From Lama glama (taxonomy: Eukaryota): a stretch of DNA of 64,000 nucleotides. The translations under genes and the position numbers were made by a program. The stretch is taken from NCBI GenBank assembly GCA_028534125.1, contig CM052816.1:29018001-29082000 (forward strand), read 5' to 3'. This document shows, one piece after another, positions 11,061-24,838 of the stretch. Below the pieces are notes generated by a model. It was not told where the DNA came from and did no database searches. It was given only the letters and a program-made list of their open reading frames with translations. The number at the start of each line of letters is the position of its first letter. The stretch's first letter is position 1.

Positions 11061-14000
11061 TTTTCCATTGTAACTTACTAATTCTAAAAAAAAATCCTCA
11101 GTATCACAATTTATGGCTCATTTTAAAAATACATTTTTCAAAATATTTTAATTTGATTCTTCAAACAATCAATTTGGTAAGGTAATATAAACAAAAGAGG
11201 TCCAAGAGACAGTGACTTTCCCACAAACGGAGTATGTTAGAGCCAGTATCAAACTTTGCATCTTATGCATTCTTTTTTAAAATTCTTACATTATATCAAG
11301 TTCTCTTAATAAAATATACTATGTTACTATGTGCATTTTATTCACAATGAAACTAAAAAGGGATAAAGGTCTCAAAATCAATGCTGTGGGAAAATGCCTA
11401 TAAAAGCAGCTTAGCTTCACAGATATTTCCTAAATATATACCAAAAAACAAGAGACTAATGGAAGTTGAAGTTGAAAGAGAAAGCAAAAAGTACATTTCA
11501 GAACTATAATCTTTACTGCTTCCCACATTTCTGACTGATGCCACCAAAGTGAAGAGATTGCTGGAAAGGCAAGTAAAACAATAGAAACTGAGTGGGCGCA
11601 GACCTAATAGGCTGAAGTGCTATTCACTAAATTTCACCATTTTGGAAAAGTAACATTGCTAACAAATGAACTGAAAGAAATGACACTTGAATAGGACACC
11701 TAAACAATATTTTCAGCTCAAATTCAGCAAAATTCATCTGGTGTCAGAGAAACTTTTGTTTGTAGAGATAGAAACACCCATAATCCAAAGAGATCAAAGC
11801 CTGTTTAGGAGAATCTAAAGGGCAGGAGTTTTGAAATCTTCTATGTATATAAGTGAGTTTGTCCTTTAATTGAGAGCTATTGCATCAAACAATGGCATTT
11901 TTTTCTGTACTTTCATAAATTATCTGTGTAATTATTTTTAAATGCGACGTACATTAGAAACCAGCAAAGTAAAATAATGCCCTTATGCAGGCACCTAACT
12001 TCCTAGCTGCTTAGGGATATATCAAATTATCCTTACTTTTTAATTCAAGAGTTCAGGGCACTCATTCCTGTACTCAGAACATTCAGAAATGTTTAAATAA
12101 AATAAGTTATCCCTAGTAATCCAATAGCTGCAAGATATAACCCAGAAAGAAAAAAACTGAAGCCCATACAATTAGAAGAATGACATGGTTAGGTAACAAA
12201 TGATGCTGCAGAGCTATTGCTAGGAAAGCTAATTAATACCAATTCTCAGCAATTCAAATTTGACAGCTTTTCCTCTAAGAAGCAGAAGTACCAGGAGAGA
12301 AAGGGGATTTCTCAACAATAGAAAAGGAATGAAGTTCTCCAGATTTCACCCAAAAAGTGCATCATATTAAAAATACCAATAAAAATCACCTTCAGAAGGA
12401 TGCAACAGGACACTGATTTTCTCCCATTTTGAAAGAAATTGATAAGGAATTATCTTGTATGAAATGTCATCACCTTTAGATAACTTGTATACAAGAAATT
12501 GATAAGGCAAAATATTTTGCTTTTTAATGACATATGTCTATTCAAAGTCTGATTTGAATATTAGTGTTTCACCTATGCTAGAAATTCTGAAATCTTATCA
12601 AATCAATGCTAACTGTGCTTACAGTGTTTCACCCAATCAGGTTTAACTAGTAATGTAGAGAGAGAAAAAACAAACAAGAGTTCTTGCTTTGGGGGATTTG
12701 AAAGTTAAGTCAGCAAGTTGGGCATTTAATCCCATAAAAGAACAACCAGTGACCCGAAAATTTCAATAACATATATATTAAGAGAAAAGAAAAAAACATT
12801 TCATTAACCTTTTATGAAATATTAGAAAAATAAGTATATTTGTGGGACTGATAAATGGATGAGTCGTTTAGAAAAGCTGAAATTAAATTCTTCATAAAAG
12901 AAATTCCCAGCATCTTGTGTCTTGTCATGGGAAAACTGGAGGCTGGACACCCAGAGAGCAATTTCTTTCCTGGATCTAGAGATCGAAATACTCTCTGGGT
13001 GCAACAAATCTAACATGACAAAATTAAAAGAAGGTGCAGATCCAGAACCATGCAAGAAAGATGTGATTCAAAAAGTCAGGAAGGGTGCCTAGAAAGCCCC
13101 CCAAATCAGAGGAAATCAAAGGCAGACACGAAAGCTCAGGCACAGTAGTAAGCGTCTGAGCCCAAGCCGCTGGGAGTACAGTACTGAGAGTGGTGTGGGG
13201 AGGGGGTCCTGAGCAGTTGGTCAAATGGTTAGGTGGGCTTCTCTCTTGATATCTACTCTGTGTGAAGTGTGGTGCTTTCTTTACAGCAGGTGTGGATGTG
13301 GGAAGAGACTTCAAGAGGACTTAGACACATTTACCAAATGCTTAAAGAGGATTCTTGGTCTGTTTTTCCTGGAATCAGGGGAAAGAAGGAGCTCTCCAGC
13401 TGTTTTCACAACCTGGCACAGGCTAAGTTTGAAACAGTACATAACACACACATTCACAGAGAATTGTGTTCTCTGCAGAAAACAAAACCAACATTTCATA
13501 TAGGATATATGGTCTGATGAGGTCTTCTAATTACTAGGGCCATTTATACCAAATTTTCTTTCTCTTTATTGTAAGGATAAGTGGACATTTATTTCTAATG
13601 TGAGCTGGTTATACGCAAGTACAAGTGAGTCATGGCCCATTGCTGAAAAGCACAATTTATGGAAGTAATGCATGCTAATTACAGTACTTACTGAAATCAC
13701 CATTCTGACAACTATAATTTTGCTACCACCTTTCCAAATCCTAAACCGAAAAGTATCTTATAGCAAATATATTTAAACTAAAATATATTTTGTTGCAGCT
13801 CCTAAAAATCTCTGAGGTTGAATCTTCTTTTATGAACAATGTTGATTGCTCAGGCAAACAAAATAAATCATAGTAAGGGATACCATACGACATTTTCAAA
13901 ATATTCTGTTGAATAGTGCAACTGCCCAAAAATATTTTATTTTTAAGATTAATACCTCCTCATGGTGCATATAATAACTATTAATAACAAACTTTAATAA

Positions 14001-14504
14001 AATAATACCCAATTAATATTTATTGAGGGCAAACTACATGCCAGGCATCGTGCTAGGCAGTTTGTATGCTTTGAAGCATTTTCCTTTCTTTATACCTACC
14101 TACCTCTCTCTCTATCTAATTTACGCATCTAGCCATCGGGCCAGACTGTATAATTGTGTTCTAAATTCTACTCCTTTCAACTAACATTATGAGCAATTTG
14201 AAAAGAACCAAAAATATAAATTAGAGAAAATAATCTAGTTTCACATAAGTTAACAAACAGAAATTCACTAATAAAGACAAAGCTCAAACAACTCAGTATG
14301 TTCAAATATGCCACGTTTACTTGATGTAATGATCATATGATAATAAACTATATCTTATAATCAATTTCAGAATACTATAAAATAATTTTGGGGAAATGAA
14401 TGTGCTTTCATTCTTATAATTAAGGATTCATTCTAACACCAAATGGGAAAACCATTTTTAATATACATTAAAAAATTAAATAAAAATGGGGGGGAGTAAT
14501 TATT

Positions 14505-15025
14505 TATTAAGTTGGGTTGGCCCTTTAGCTTCTGTTTCAAAAGAAATACCCTAAAACTCAGTGATTTAAAACAATGAGCATTAATTATTGCTTATAAATC
14601 TGTGGGCCAGTGAGAGGGTTCTACTGAACTGATCCAGATTCGGCTTATCTTGGCTGGCTCGTTATGTATCTGCAGGCAGCTGACATGTTGGCTAGTAACT
14701 GGTGCTGTAGGAAGGCCTCAATCACACTGCAGCCAACGGCTTTAGGCTGGAAAACAGGGCTGTTAGGGTAATATGTCCTTAGCATCCAGCAGGATAGCTT
14801 GGGCTTTTTCACATGGCATGGAAAAGAACAAAAGTGCCAGGGCCCTTGAGGCCTCAGAACTGACAGCATTACTTCCAATGTCTTTAGCTAAAACAAAGCA
14901 CAAGACCAGTTCAGATTCAAAAACACTCCATTTCTTGATGAGAAGAGCTACTCAGTCACACTGCAAAGGGTGTGGATCAGGGATGGGTAAAATACATTGC
15001 CATGTTTGTAATCTATTTTATCACA
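14505..15025 (-). mobile_element. MaLR LTR (MLT1G/H-like)
   Basis: 'aaataccctaaaactcagtgatttaaaacaa' and 'cacactgcaaagggtgtggat' are typical reverse MLT1 segments. Confidence 0.75.
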
Positions 15026-15469
15026 TGGTGAATGAAAATAAAAACAATGTTGACGTTTTCCTGATGTGTAATGTTAACATAGATCATATGGGGTGTACAT
15101 ATAGCACTTTTCTCTGAGAACTGTCCACGCCAACTATAGAGGTATCCCCTAAATTAGCAAGGACTTTTCTTCTTTTGTAAAGGGATCACGGCCCTCTAGC
15201 CAGAGATAGCAGAATAGAGAGACACATAATTCAGAATGAGTCAACCAAATCAGCACTCAATCACTGAATTGGGTAATTTAGAGACTGATAATTTGAGATT
15301 AACAGCTGAGTTCAAGAATCAGGGACTCCTGTGCTGAGATTCACGAATCTGGTCTAGACTTCCTCTTCCATGAGATCTACTTATTAGTACTTCCTGAGAT
15401 TGTGTGGCATAAACCAGGACCATTCCCATCAACTCCCTTTCTTGCATAAGTTTAAGTGTTCACATGTTG

Positions 15470-15910
15470 ATACGTAAGTCCTCCAAATTTGTTCTTCTTT
15501 AAATTGTTTTAGCTATACCAAATCCTTTCCATTTTCATTCAAATTTCAGAATCAACTTGACAATTTCAGCAAAGACAACTGTAGTGGTTCTGATTGGAAC
15601 TGTGTTGAATTTATACACCAATTTAAGAAGAATTGATATCTTAACAGTACTAAGTCATAAACATGGTATATCACTCAGTTTATACAGGTCTTCATAAAAT
15701 TTATCTCAACAATGTTCTTTAGCTTTCATTATACAGGTGCTGGATATATTTAATTTGGCTTAAAGTTTTTTATGCTTTTTGGATGTTATTGTGTTTTTTA
15801 TTTAATTTCTAATTATTCATTGCTAGTATAAAGAAATACCATTTTATATTGACTTTGTATATTTCAGCCTTTCTACAATCACTTGTTAGGCCTAGTAATT
15901 TTTGTGAATT
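15470..15910 (-). mobile_element. L1 ORF2 fragment
   Basis: Reverse L1 sequence 'gattggaactgtgttgaatttata', 'cattgctagtataaagaaatacc'. Confidence 0.75.
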
Positions 15911-16336
15911 AAAACAATTTTACTCCATTCTTTCTTAATTTCACATTAAGTTTCTTTTCAATAATTACTGAAAATGCTACAAACACCACTACATTGTAAA
16001 ACTCTTTTTTTTATGTTTTATGTACTGAAAAATAGCAGTTAATGATCTATACTGATGAAAAATAATTTTGGAAGGAAGATGGGTGTTTATATAGACTGAT
16101 TTTTAAAACTCTTCCATATCCTCATCCAAAATATATACATACAAATACACAATGACCAATATGTTGTTTAGTTTCAACACTGTGGCATTAGATTAGTTTA
16201 GTCTTCTGTCAGGTCAATTTCCTTTTCAAACATTTTCAATTAATATCTATGCAGTCTGATAAATATAGAACTCTGGGGAAATATTTAGATAAATTAAATT
16301 TAGCAGAGATCTGACTAAAATCAAAGCCACTCCTAC

Positions 16337-16426
16337 CAACATAATCACTTCTGCAATGAGTTGGAAACTGGTTCTATATTTCAGCATGGAGCCCTTGAAC
16401 CTTTCCCATAACCCATTCCAAAATGT
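16337..16426 (-). other. Candidate exon (90 bp)
   Basis: Weak acceptor ggctgcatttag|A, donor TTG|gtagga. Phase 0 is open (TFWNGLWERFKGSMLKYRTSFQLIAEVIML). Confidence 0.35.
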
Positions 16427-17199
16427 CTAAATGCAGCCTAATCTGATACAACATTGTGTCTGATACTCTAGAGTTGAAACACTCTTGAGCAAAACATATT
16501 TGCCTCAGTAAGCAAAGTAAATCAAGTAAAGAGCTCATAGAAAGAAGGGTTATCTAGTTAAGTATATCCCCCTGAGATTTTAAGTGGGAAAACTGAGAAA
16601 ACTTGAATCCAGGATATTACTATTCCACTCCACTTTTTAATAAAATGTTCATCAGACAGCACAACTTTCTTTGGCATTTTGAAGAATAGGTCTATTAACG
16701 ACAACATGCAAATTTTTCCTCCTCCCAATGAATATTTTGAAAAGCTTAGTCATTACACTAACGGAAAATACCTCCCAATAATCAGAGAAAAATGGCTTTT
16801 GCAATGACGAACTGCTTAAAGCAAAACTAAAGTGTTTGTATAATATTTCTTAAACCTGACAAATATTAGGCAACTTGAGTATGCCAATACAAAGTATATC
16901 CTCTGATTTTAAATTTTATTTTATGGCTGGAAGGAGGAGATTTTAGATGAAATAATGACATTGTAAGAATGAGACTACCAATTTGATAGAAGTACAATTT
17001 AGCCGGGGTCTAAGTTTAAGTGCAAGCTTTTTATAAATGCTGATTTTGAGAGTATAAATGTGTTATTTACATTAAATTAATTCACAACTGTGTATATTTT
17101 GATCATGCTCCAAATTCCTAAAATTATCTAAAATTTATTTTGTTTGTAATCTACTCACAGATCTTAGAAATTGAATTATTATGTAAGTATTGACTTTTG

Positions 17200-17694
17200 G
17201 TGTCTTTTGAAACCATGTTCTTCTAGCTCTAATCTTGTGCTCTGTTTCCCCGTGCTGAGTCATGCTGGTTCTGCACCTTTTGTAAAAGAATGTTGCCTAT
17301 AGTCTGAAATACAGAGGATAGCCCATTCTCAAGGCTCTGACCTTTAAGGGTATAACACTTTTCCATTCATATAGAGATAAAAAGTTGCAGAACAGAGAAT
17401 AACACTTGTCTTGTTGGGGGTTTACAGGAACATCATGACCTGACCTACGTAGACAGCTCCAAGAACAAAGGATTCTAACATGAAGAAGTTTGCAACAACC
17501 AACCACACCTCCTCCCCTTTTTAATATATAAGGAGCCTGACTTCTGACTTAGGTAAGATAGTTCTCTAGGACATTAGTCCCCGATCCTGTTCGTCTGCTG
17601 GCTTTCTGAATAAAATTGTTATTCCTTACCCCAACACCTCATCTCCCAATTTGCCTGTCATGCAGCAAGCAGAATGAGTTTGGACTTGGTAACA
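17200..17694 (+). mobile_element. ERV1-like solo LTR (5' boundary uncertain)
   Basis: TATA (tatataa ~17525), AATAAA 17609-17614, end '...ttggtaaca', AP-1 site tgagtca 17256-17262. TSD not resolved. Confidence 0.7.
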
Positions 17695-18985
17695 AACCTA
17701 CAATTATATTCCCAGAGAAAAATTGACCACTTAGTAATGAAGCAAAATTCTCAAGAAAAAAAAATTTGTTTTAAAGACAACCTTCTTTATCCTCTGTTTA
17801 TAAGAAAATAAATTTTAAAATCATACAATTCAAAGATGACATTCTTCTAAAATTTTATGACTCATTGAGAAATTATAATTAAAAACAGAAAATATTTTAC
17901 AATTGAGTCATAATGGAAATACTACATAAAAATTTATAGGATGCAGCTATCATAGAGATGCACTAAAATGTATAGTTTCAAACACTTCTATTAGGAAAGA
18001 AGAGAGACTGAAAATTAGACATTAGGCAACCACATTAGGAGATTAACAGATAACTAACAATAGCCCAAAAAAAGTAAGAAGAAATGAACTGACAAATGTT
18101 AAAAGGAAAACCTAACAAAATATAATATATAAAATAGAAAGGATAAACAAAATGATAATTGATTCTTCGAAATCTAAAATAAATTTGACAAACTTCTGAC
18201 AAAATATACAATAACTAAAAGGAAGCAAGGCACAAATAAACATTAGGAGTGAAAAAGAAAAATTCATGTAATTATGAATGTAGCTGATATTAAACAGCTA
18301 ATAAAAGTATATTATGACTATTTTATCTCCATAAGCATTAAAAAGTGGATGAAATTGACAAATTGTTAGAAAAATTTGTTTTTTTCAAAATTTACTCAAA
18401 AATAAATAGAAACCCCCAAAATCCTATAAGATTAAGGAAAATGAACTAATCATGTAGTGTTTCCCCAGACAATTTTACCTGTGAATCCAAAACCCCAAAG
18501 CCATATTATTGCATTTTTATATATGCTATGACAAAATATAGAAGAAAAAGTAAACAATCTCCAACTCATTGTAAGGAACTTGATAACAAAGCTTAATAAG
18601 TAAAGAATGAAAGGAAAATTTGAGGGAAATATCACTCATGGATACTGATGCAAAAATCCTAAAAATATAAAAATGAAACTAGCTTAGCAATAAATGAAAA
18701 TAACACTATATTGTGACTTAATTGGGATTTTCCCAAGAATGCAGCATTGGTTTAACATTAAACGAGCAATTCCTATAACTTACCAAGTTAAAAGACTAAA
18801 GGAGAAATAGTGATTAGTCTTATAGATGCCAAAAAAATACTTAAAATTCATTCATGATTATTTTTAAAAGGAGATTTGCTTAAAGAATAGGTATAAAAAG
18901 CTACCACAAATAACATAATGTTGAAATGTTGAAATTGTGTCTTTTGACCTCAAACATAGTATTAGGTACTACTATCACTGCTTTT
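17695..18985 (+). mobile_element. Old L1 ORF2 segment (degenerate)
   Basis: A-rich L1 ORF2-like sequence ('gatgcaaaaatcctaaaaata', 'tcccaagaatgcagcattggtttaacatt'). Confidence 0.8.
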
Positions 18986-18994
18986 TTTGTCTGT

Positions 18995-19345
18995 CTCCTT
19001 TATGTTATTGAAGGATATTGATGTAAAATATTACATAAGTTACAGGTATACCGCAGACTGCTTCACAATTTTAAAGGCTGTACTCCATTGACAGTTTTAT
19101 GAAATATTGGCTGTATTCCCTGTGTGTACTTGTATAGTGCCTCCGTATATCTTATTTTATACATAATAGTTTGTATCACTTAATCTCCTATCCCTATATT
19201 GTTCTCTCTCCTTACTGGTAACCACTAGTTTGTTCTCTATATCTGTAAGTCTGCTTCTTTTTTGTTATATTCACTAGTTTGTTTTTCACAGTCCACATAA
19301 AAGTGGTATCATATGATATTTGTTTTTTCTGACTTACTTAATATG
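18995..19345 (-). mobile_element. Cetartiodactyl-type L1 3' end
   Basis: 'ctggtaaccactagtttgttctctatatctgtaagtctgcttc' reverse L1 3' UTR. Confidence 0.8.
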
Positions 19346-19389
19346 CAATATTTTTTATATATTATAGTATAGTATATTAATAATAAAAA

Positions 19390-19557
19390 TAAAGAGGTTA
19401 TGAGGAAACTTTTGGAGGTGAGGGATGTGTTTATGTCACAGATTGTGAGGATGGTTTCATAAGTGTATACTTATTTCCAAATTCATCAAGCTGCATACAT
19501 TAAAAGTGTACAGGTTTTTATGTGTCAATCATACCTCAGTAAAGTGGTTAAAAAAAG
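19390..19557 (+). mobile_element. L1MC-type 3' end
   Basis: 'tttatgtgtcaatcatacctcagtaaagtggttaaaaaaa'. Confidence 0.7.
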
Positions 19558-20633
19558 TCACTGTGAAAGTATCAGTATTAAGACTAACCCTCTCACAGAC
19601 AACAACTGTAAACTATATTCAAAAAAAGTTTTTTTGGACTGTTTGAAGGCACTGGAGAGTAACCAAAAGCAGGGACTCTAGAAAGAATCTGATGCTTGAA
19701 GGAAGTGAATCATTCAAGTGAGATGAATGTTTATATAAATGTGGGCTTTATTCCTAAGGATGCTCACCATTTCTTATTTGCAGAGGTTAGAAGTCAAGCT
19801 TGAGATACCAGAGGATGGATCAATGGCTAGAAACTGAACAGAAGAACATCAGAAAGCACAAAAGCACAGCAGGAAACTAAAATCTGCATAGGCCAGGAGA
19901 GACTCTCAGAATATCAGCGGAGAACAAGAAGCAAGCTGAAAAAGGTCAGCAGAGATGCCGGCCACCACTCATGCCAGGAGTTTGGTCTGTGATTTCCAGC
20001 TCAGAGGGGGCTTGGTAAACCCTTCAGTTTCCCTAGTAAATCAAAGTGTGATCCATTGTCAAGAAAAAATCAATAGGAAGGGAATCGGAGATGACCCAGA
20101 TGATAAAATTAGCAAGAAAAGAGGATTTAAAACATCAGAAAAGCTGTATGTTCAAGGGCGTAAAGGAAAAATGGTCATAAAGTTTAAACATATAAGGAAT
20201 CTCAAAAGAGAAAGAAAAATTATGAAAATAAACCAAGTGGAAATTCTAGAAATGAAAAGTACAATAATGGAGAATGAAAATTTCACTAGACAAGATTAAT
20301 AGAGGACTATGTATGGCAGTAGAAAAGATCAATACATCTGAAGTTTAATCAATTGAAATTAGGCAATTTGAAGGACAGTGAAAAAATGATTAAAATAGAT
20401 GAACAGAACTCAGTGAAATTCTGGAACAATATTAATTTGTCTATCATACATGTAATTGAAGTGCCAAGAGGAGATGAGTGAGACAGAAAAGCATATGAAC
20501 AAAATAGGCTGATAATTTCCACTATTTTGTAAAAAGCATAAACATATAAATGCAGGAAGCTTAGCAAGAAGGAAAATACATAGAAACACTTACCTAGGCG
20601 TATTAGTCAAGCTGCTGAAAATCTAAGATAGAG

Positions 20634-21002
20634 TGGTGAAATAACTTTCCAGACCCAAGATGGAGCCACTCCTGCCCAAGGTGTCACGTTAGCAAACCAA
20701 ACCTTAGGTAACATTCATGTTCCCGTAAAAGTTACATTTAATCAGAAACACAGTGTATCAAGTCAGCCAGTCTCCAAACACCAGCCCAACTCTGGCCCAC
20801 GTGCCCTAAACAAGACTGACTATATGGTCCCAGCCAATCAGATGTTTTCTATTTGTCTCTTCCTCGTTCTTTATTCTTTATCCTATAAAAGTTTCTTGGC
20901 TTCTACCTCATTTTACAGTTCTCCAAAAGGAAACAGTCTGCTTCACGAAGGTTAAAAGTTTATATCACCTGATTTGTCTTCTTCAATCTTTTTTTTTAAA
21001 CA
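20634..21002 (+). mobile_element. ERV1-class solo LTR (369 bp) nested in L1 ORF1
   Basis: TG...CA termini; 4-bp TSD agag (20630-20633 / 21003-21006); CCAAT 20834-20838; TATAAAA 20884-20890. Confidence 0.85.
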
Positions 21003-21168
21003 AGAGAAGATCTGAAATTCAACAAAGATCAAAAAAGAACCACCCGAGAATTAATGATATGAATGATTACTGACTTCTCATCAAAAAGTAAGGAAGGACC
21101 AAAGACAACAGAATACCTTTATAGTGCTGAGAGAAATAAAAACTGTCAACCCAGAACTCTATCTTAAA

Positions 21169-21408
21169 GGGGAGGGGGTGGAGGGATAAATTGGGAGGTT
21201 GGGATTTGCAGATACTAACGACTATATATAAAACAGATAAACAGCAAGGTCCTACCGTATAGCACAGGGAACAATATTCAGTACCCTGTAAGAGCCTATG
21301 ATGAAAAAGAATATGAAAAGGAATATATAACTGAAATATAACTGAATCACTATGCTGTACACCAGAAATTAATACATTGTAAACTGACTCTACTTCAATA
21401 AAAAAAAA
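21169..21408 (+). mobile_element. Relatively young cetartiodactyl/camelid L1 3' end with poly(A)
   Basis: 'gtatagcacagggaacaatattcag...actgaatcactatgctgtacaccagaaattaatac...aataaaaaaaaa'. Confidence 0.9.
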
Positions 21409-22289
21409 TGGAACAAGTAAAAAACAAAGACATTTGCAAATAAAATAAAGTTGACAGTTCATCACTAGCAGACCTGTACCATAAGAAAAGATAAAGAAAT
21501 CCATCAAAAGACAAAACTCAAGAAGAGAAATATTACTAAAAATTAAGAAGAAAATATCTCAATAAATAATAAGTTCTTAATAACATTCCTAAATGTATAT
21601 GCACTTTAGTGAGCTTCAAAATACTCAAAGCAATACCTGCCAAAACTAAAGGAAGATACAGGTAAGTGCATAATCATAGTTATGTATTTTAACACCTACC
21701 CCTTTGCAAATTGACTAAACAAAATAAATCAATAAAGATACAGAAGATTTAAACGCTCGCAACCAACTGCAACGTGTTTTCAAGAAACAGAACAGGCTGA
21801 CATTATCTGAGGACATTATCAAATAAGTATTTTAAATAAAGTGCCCAGAATTTAAGGACGTGAGTTTCCAAATTGATAGGGCCTATCATTTCTCCAGCAC
21901 AATGTGTGAAAAAACACCCACACCAAACAATGTCATCATGAAACGTCAAAACCCTGCAAACAAAGACATGTATCCAAAAGTTCTCAGAGACAAAGCAAAG
22001 AAGAAATGAAACAAAAACAAATGCCATACCACAAAATGGAAATCTATTTAAATGCATGGTTCCAGACATGACGGAGTAATTGGTATTGAACTTGCCATTC
22101 TGCTATAAACAACATAAAACAAAATATATGAAGTCACTATTTTGAGGGTTTAAGCAATTGTAATATAAAGCAATAATTCTGGAGAGAAGGGGAAAATGTG
22201 AGGTGAATCACATTCCCCCTGGGGGCACTTCCCATGCATGCTGCAGAGAAGTGGGGCTCAAACAGAGTAGTTGTCTTGCTGGGCAAAGA

Positions 22290-22690
22290 CTGGAGTTCAC
22301 TGCTGCTGCAACAAATCACCACACACTCAGTGGCTTAGAACAACATCCATTTATGATGTCATAATTTCCATGGATCAGATATCTGGGCACAGCATGGATT
22401 TCAGCCAATTCTCTGCTTAGGATCTCACATGGTCAAAGTTAAGGTGTTGGAAAGGGAAGGATTCCTTTCTGCAGGCTCTTGAAAGAATGCCCCTCCAAGC
22501 TCATTTCCTTAAGGTTAAAGAACTAACGTCCTCATTTCCTTGCTGGCTGTCAGCCAGGAGCTTCTCTAAGCTCCTTAAAGTCATTGGCACTCTTGCACAT
22601 ATTGCCCCTCTCTCAGCTTAAAGGTCTACTAGGGTATGTCAAGTACTTTTCAATCTCTATGACGTCCCCTTCTGGCACATCTATCTGACT
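22290..22690 (-). mobile_element. MaLR LTR (MLT1/MST-type)
   Basis: 'gctgcaacaaatcaccacacactcagtggcttagaacaaca' reverse MaLR 3' end. Confidence 0.75.
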
Positions 22691-22809
22691 GATATTTATA
22701 TTATGCATAATCATCTTCAAATAAGATACTGATAAATTACATCTCATTCTTACTGAAGAAGAAGCAAAAAATACTGGTGAGCATTATCCATGGGTCTATC
22801 TAAGGTCTA

Positions 22810-23320
22810 TGTGTTAGAAGTGCATTTGGTGGTGAATAAAAAACTCATGCATACACTGTGGATTGCAAGTAATAATGGGATAAGAAAAACATTTAATTAT
22901 CTCACCCAAGAAAAAATCTGGAGGTAGACAGTCTTTCGTGATGTCATCAAATCCCCAGGCTCCTTCTATCCTTGTGTTCTACTATCCTTTCAAGGATCTG
23001 CCTCTTCCATCATAGTTGTAAAATATCTGCTGAATCCCCAGAAATTAAGCCCAGGTTCACAGCAAAAATAAGAGAAAAGTGGAAGACATCAGATGTCTAT
23101 GTCCCTTTTATCAAGAAAATAGGTATTTTCCAGAACACCCAACAAGAGCTCTACTTACATCTCATTAATACAAAGTGTGTCATGTGCCCTTTCCCAACTG
23201 CTATTGAGACCAGGAAATCAAATGTTGAGCTGTATAAGACTCTTATGTGGAGGGAGAAAAGAGGAGAGGCATTTGGGAACAAGTCAACATTTTGGTTTTT
23301 TGGTCAACAGCGTCTGCTAT
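22810..23320 (-). mobile_element. MaLR LTR (MLT1J/K-like)
   Basis: 'gatgtcatcaaatccccaggctccttctatc' and 'cttacatctcattaatacaaagtgtgtcatgtgccc'. Confidence 0.65.
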
Positions 23321-23794
23321 AGGTACAGCACTTTCATCTCTGCTTTTGGGAGTTTAACGTCCCAAGCCTCAATCTTCATGTATAGAAAATAACCTCATTC
23401 TGTTGGGACACTTAAATAGTAAGATACAAAAAACAGCATTTAGAATAACGTTTGGCACATTTAACACTCATGAGATACTAATTTTCCCTCTTTTCAAAAG
23501 TAAAATTCCCCTTTGTTACTTACTAGCATGGGCACATAATTGTTTGTTACATATTTCTCTTTTTCTAACTTAAAAAATAACCTCTCCATGTATTGTTATA
23601 GTTTGAAATCTGAACTAAATGAACCCCCATGGACAATTATAGCCTAGACCCCTGAGTGTCTGGAGTGGGTAGATCTACTTAAAAAATATGGCCTTGGACA
23701 GATTTACTACATGTTTTTTCTTTTCCATCGCTTCCCCTCAACACTCCCTCAAATCTCGATACTGTTATTATTAGGATCCAAGTTAAGTACATAT

Positions 23795-24595
23795 GTATTA
23801 GTCAGTACGTTCCAGCCATAAGTGATAGGAACCCAACTCGAACTGGCTTAAATAATTTAAGTTTAAAAATAGAGACCTAAAATCACTCATGTAACTTAAA
23901 ATCCAAGGGGACAACAGCTTCAAATAACGTCATGGAGTCTATCTCTCATCCCTGTTTTTCTGTTACTATCAGTCCCAACAGCCTCTCCATTCAGAGATGG
24001 CTGGATGATCTCTAGCACCTGAAGATCTGCCTCCTAGCAACACAGCAACCCCACAAAAAAAGAAAAGGTCTGCTTTCCCATAATTCCAGCACAACTGTCA
24101 GAATTGGACTGACTCAGGAAACATGCCCTTGGTACTAGAGCTAGAACAACCAAGTAGGTTCATATCGTGACTTAGCATCCCTTTGATCAAGTCATTTAAC
24201 TTCTCTGAGCTGTAATCTCAACACCTGTGAAATAGTACTGACTTCCGGAATCAACTGGAGGATTAAATTATTAACATCATCTGTAAAACAGTATCTATTT
24301 CCTGGATCACTTGGGGAATTAAATTATTTAATACACCTGAAGCACTTGGAGCAGGCCTTGGCAGCAGTATGTGCTGCCTAAGTATTTAGGTTCTGATATT
24401 CTCTCTTAAACAATTCCTGTCACTAGGTGAAGGAGGGTAAAATATGTTGAGTGATGTGCCCATCTTGTAGGAGGTGTGGATTCCCATGGACGCACAGTTC
24501 AAAAGGAATAATGTCCCTAGAGAAAAGTCGAGATGCTATCATTAGAAGAGTGAGAAATAGATGCCCTGTAGGCAAAAAAAGAAGAGATCCACTAT
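23795..24595 (-). mobile_element. Old MaLR LTR interrupted by MIR-like sequence (~24150-24390)
   Basis: 'taagtgataggaacccaactcgaactggcttaa' MLT1K/L-like start; MIR core 'caagtcatttaacttctctgagc'. Confidence 0.55.
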
Positions 24596-24838
24596 AGTCT
24601 AAAAGCTTCTATGTAGCCTTGAAAAAGATTATAGATCTCTGCATTAGGTTCAGTAACTGTTCCTCAAAACACAGTGAAATTTCGTATTTCCAAGTGGACC
24701 TCGGCCAGTACTTGTCTACCCATTTCTATCATATTAACATATTAAGGGGCACCACTGAGGAACATTAGCCATTAAGAGAAATCAAGGAATAGGAGCTATT
24801 TTAAGTCTCTTGAACAGAGAAAATCTTGAGAAACATAC

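Larger units (their letters stand above)
19560..22260 (+). mobile_element. Old L1 5'UTR/ORF1 fragments hosting younger insertions
   Basis: ORF1-like translation 'KINQVEILEMKSTIME' (ORF 19955-20299) and 'aactgtcaacccagaactctatc'. Interrupted at 20634 and 21169. Confidence 0.75.

Noticed and set aside
13287..13517. Plus-strand exon after acceptor tgctttctttacag with an open frame
   Set aside because: No good donor, no partner exons and no recognisable protein.
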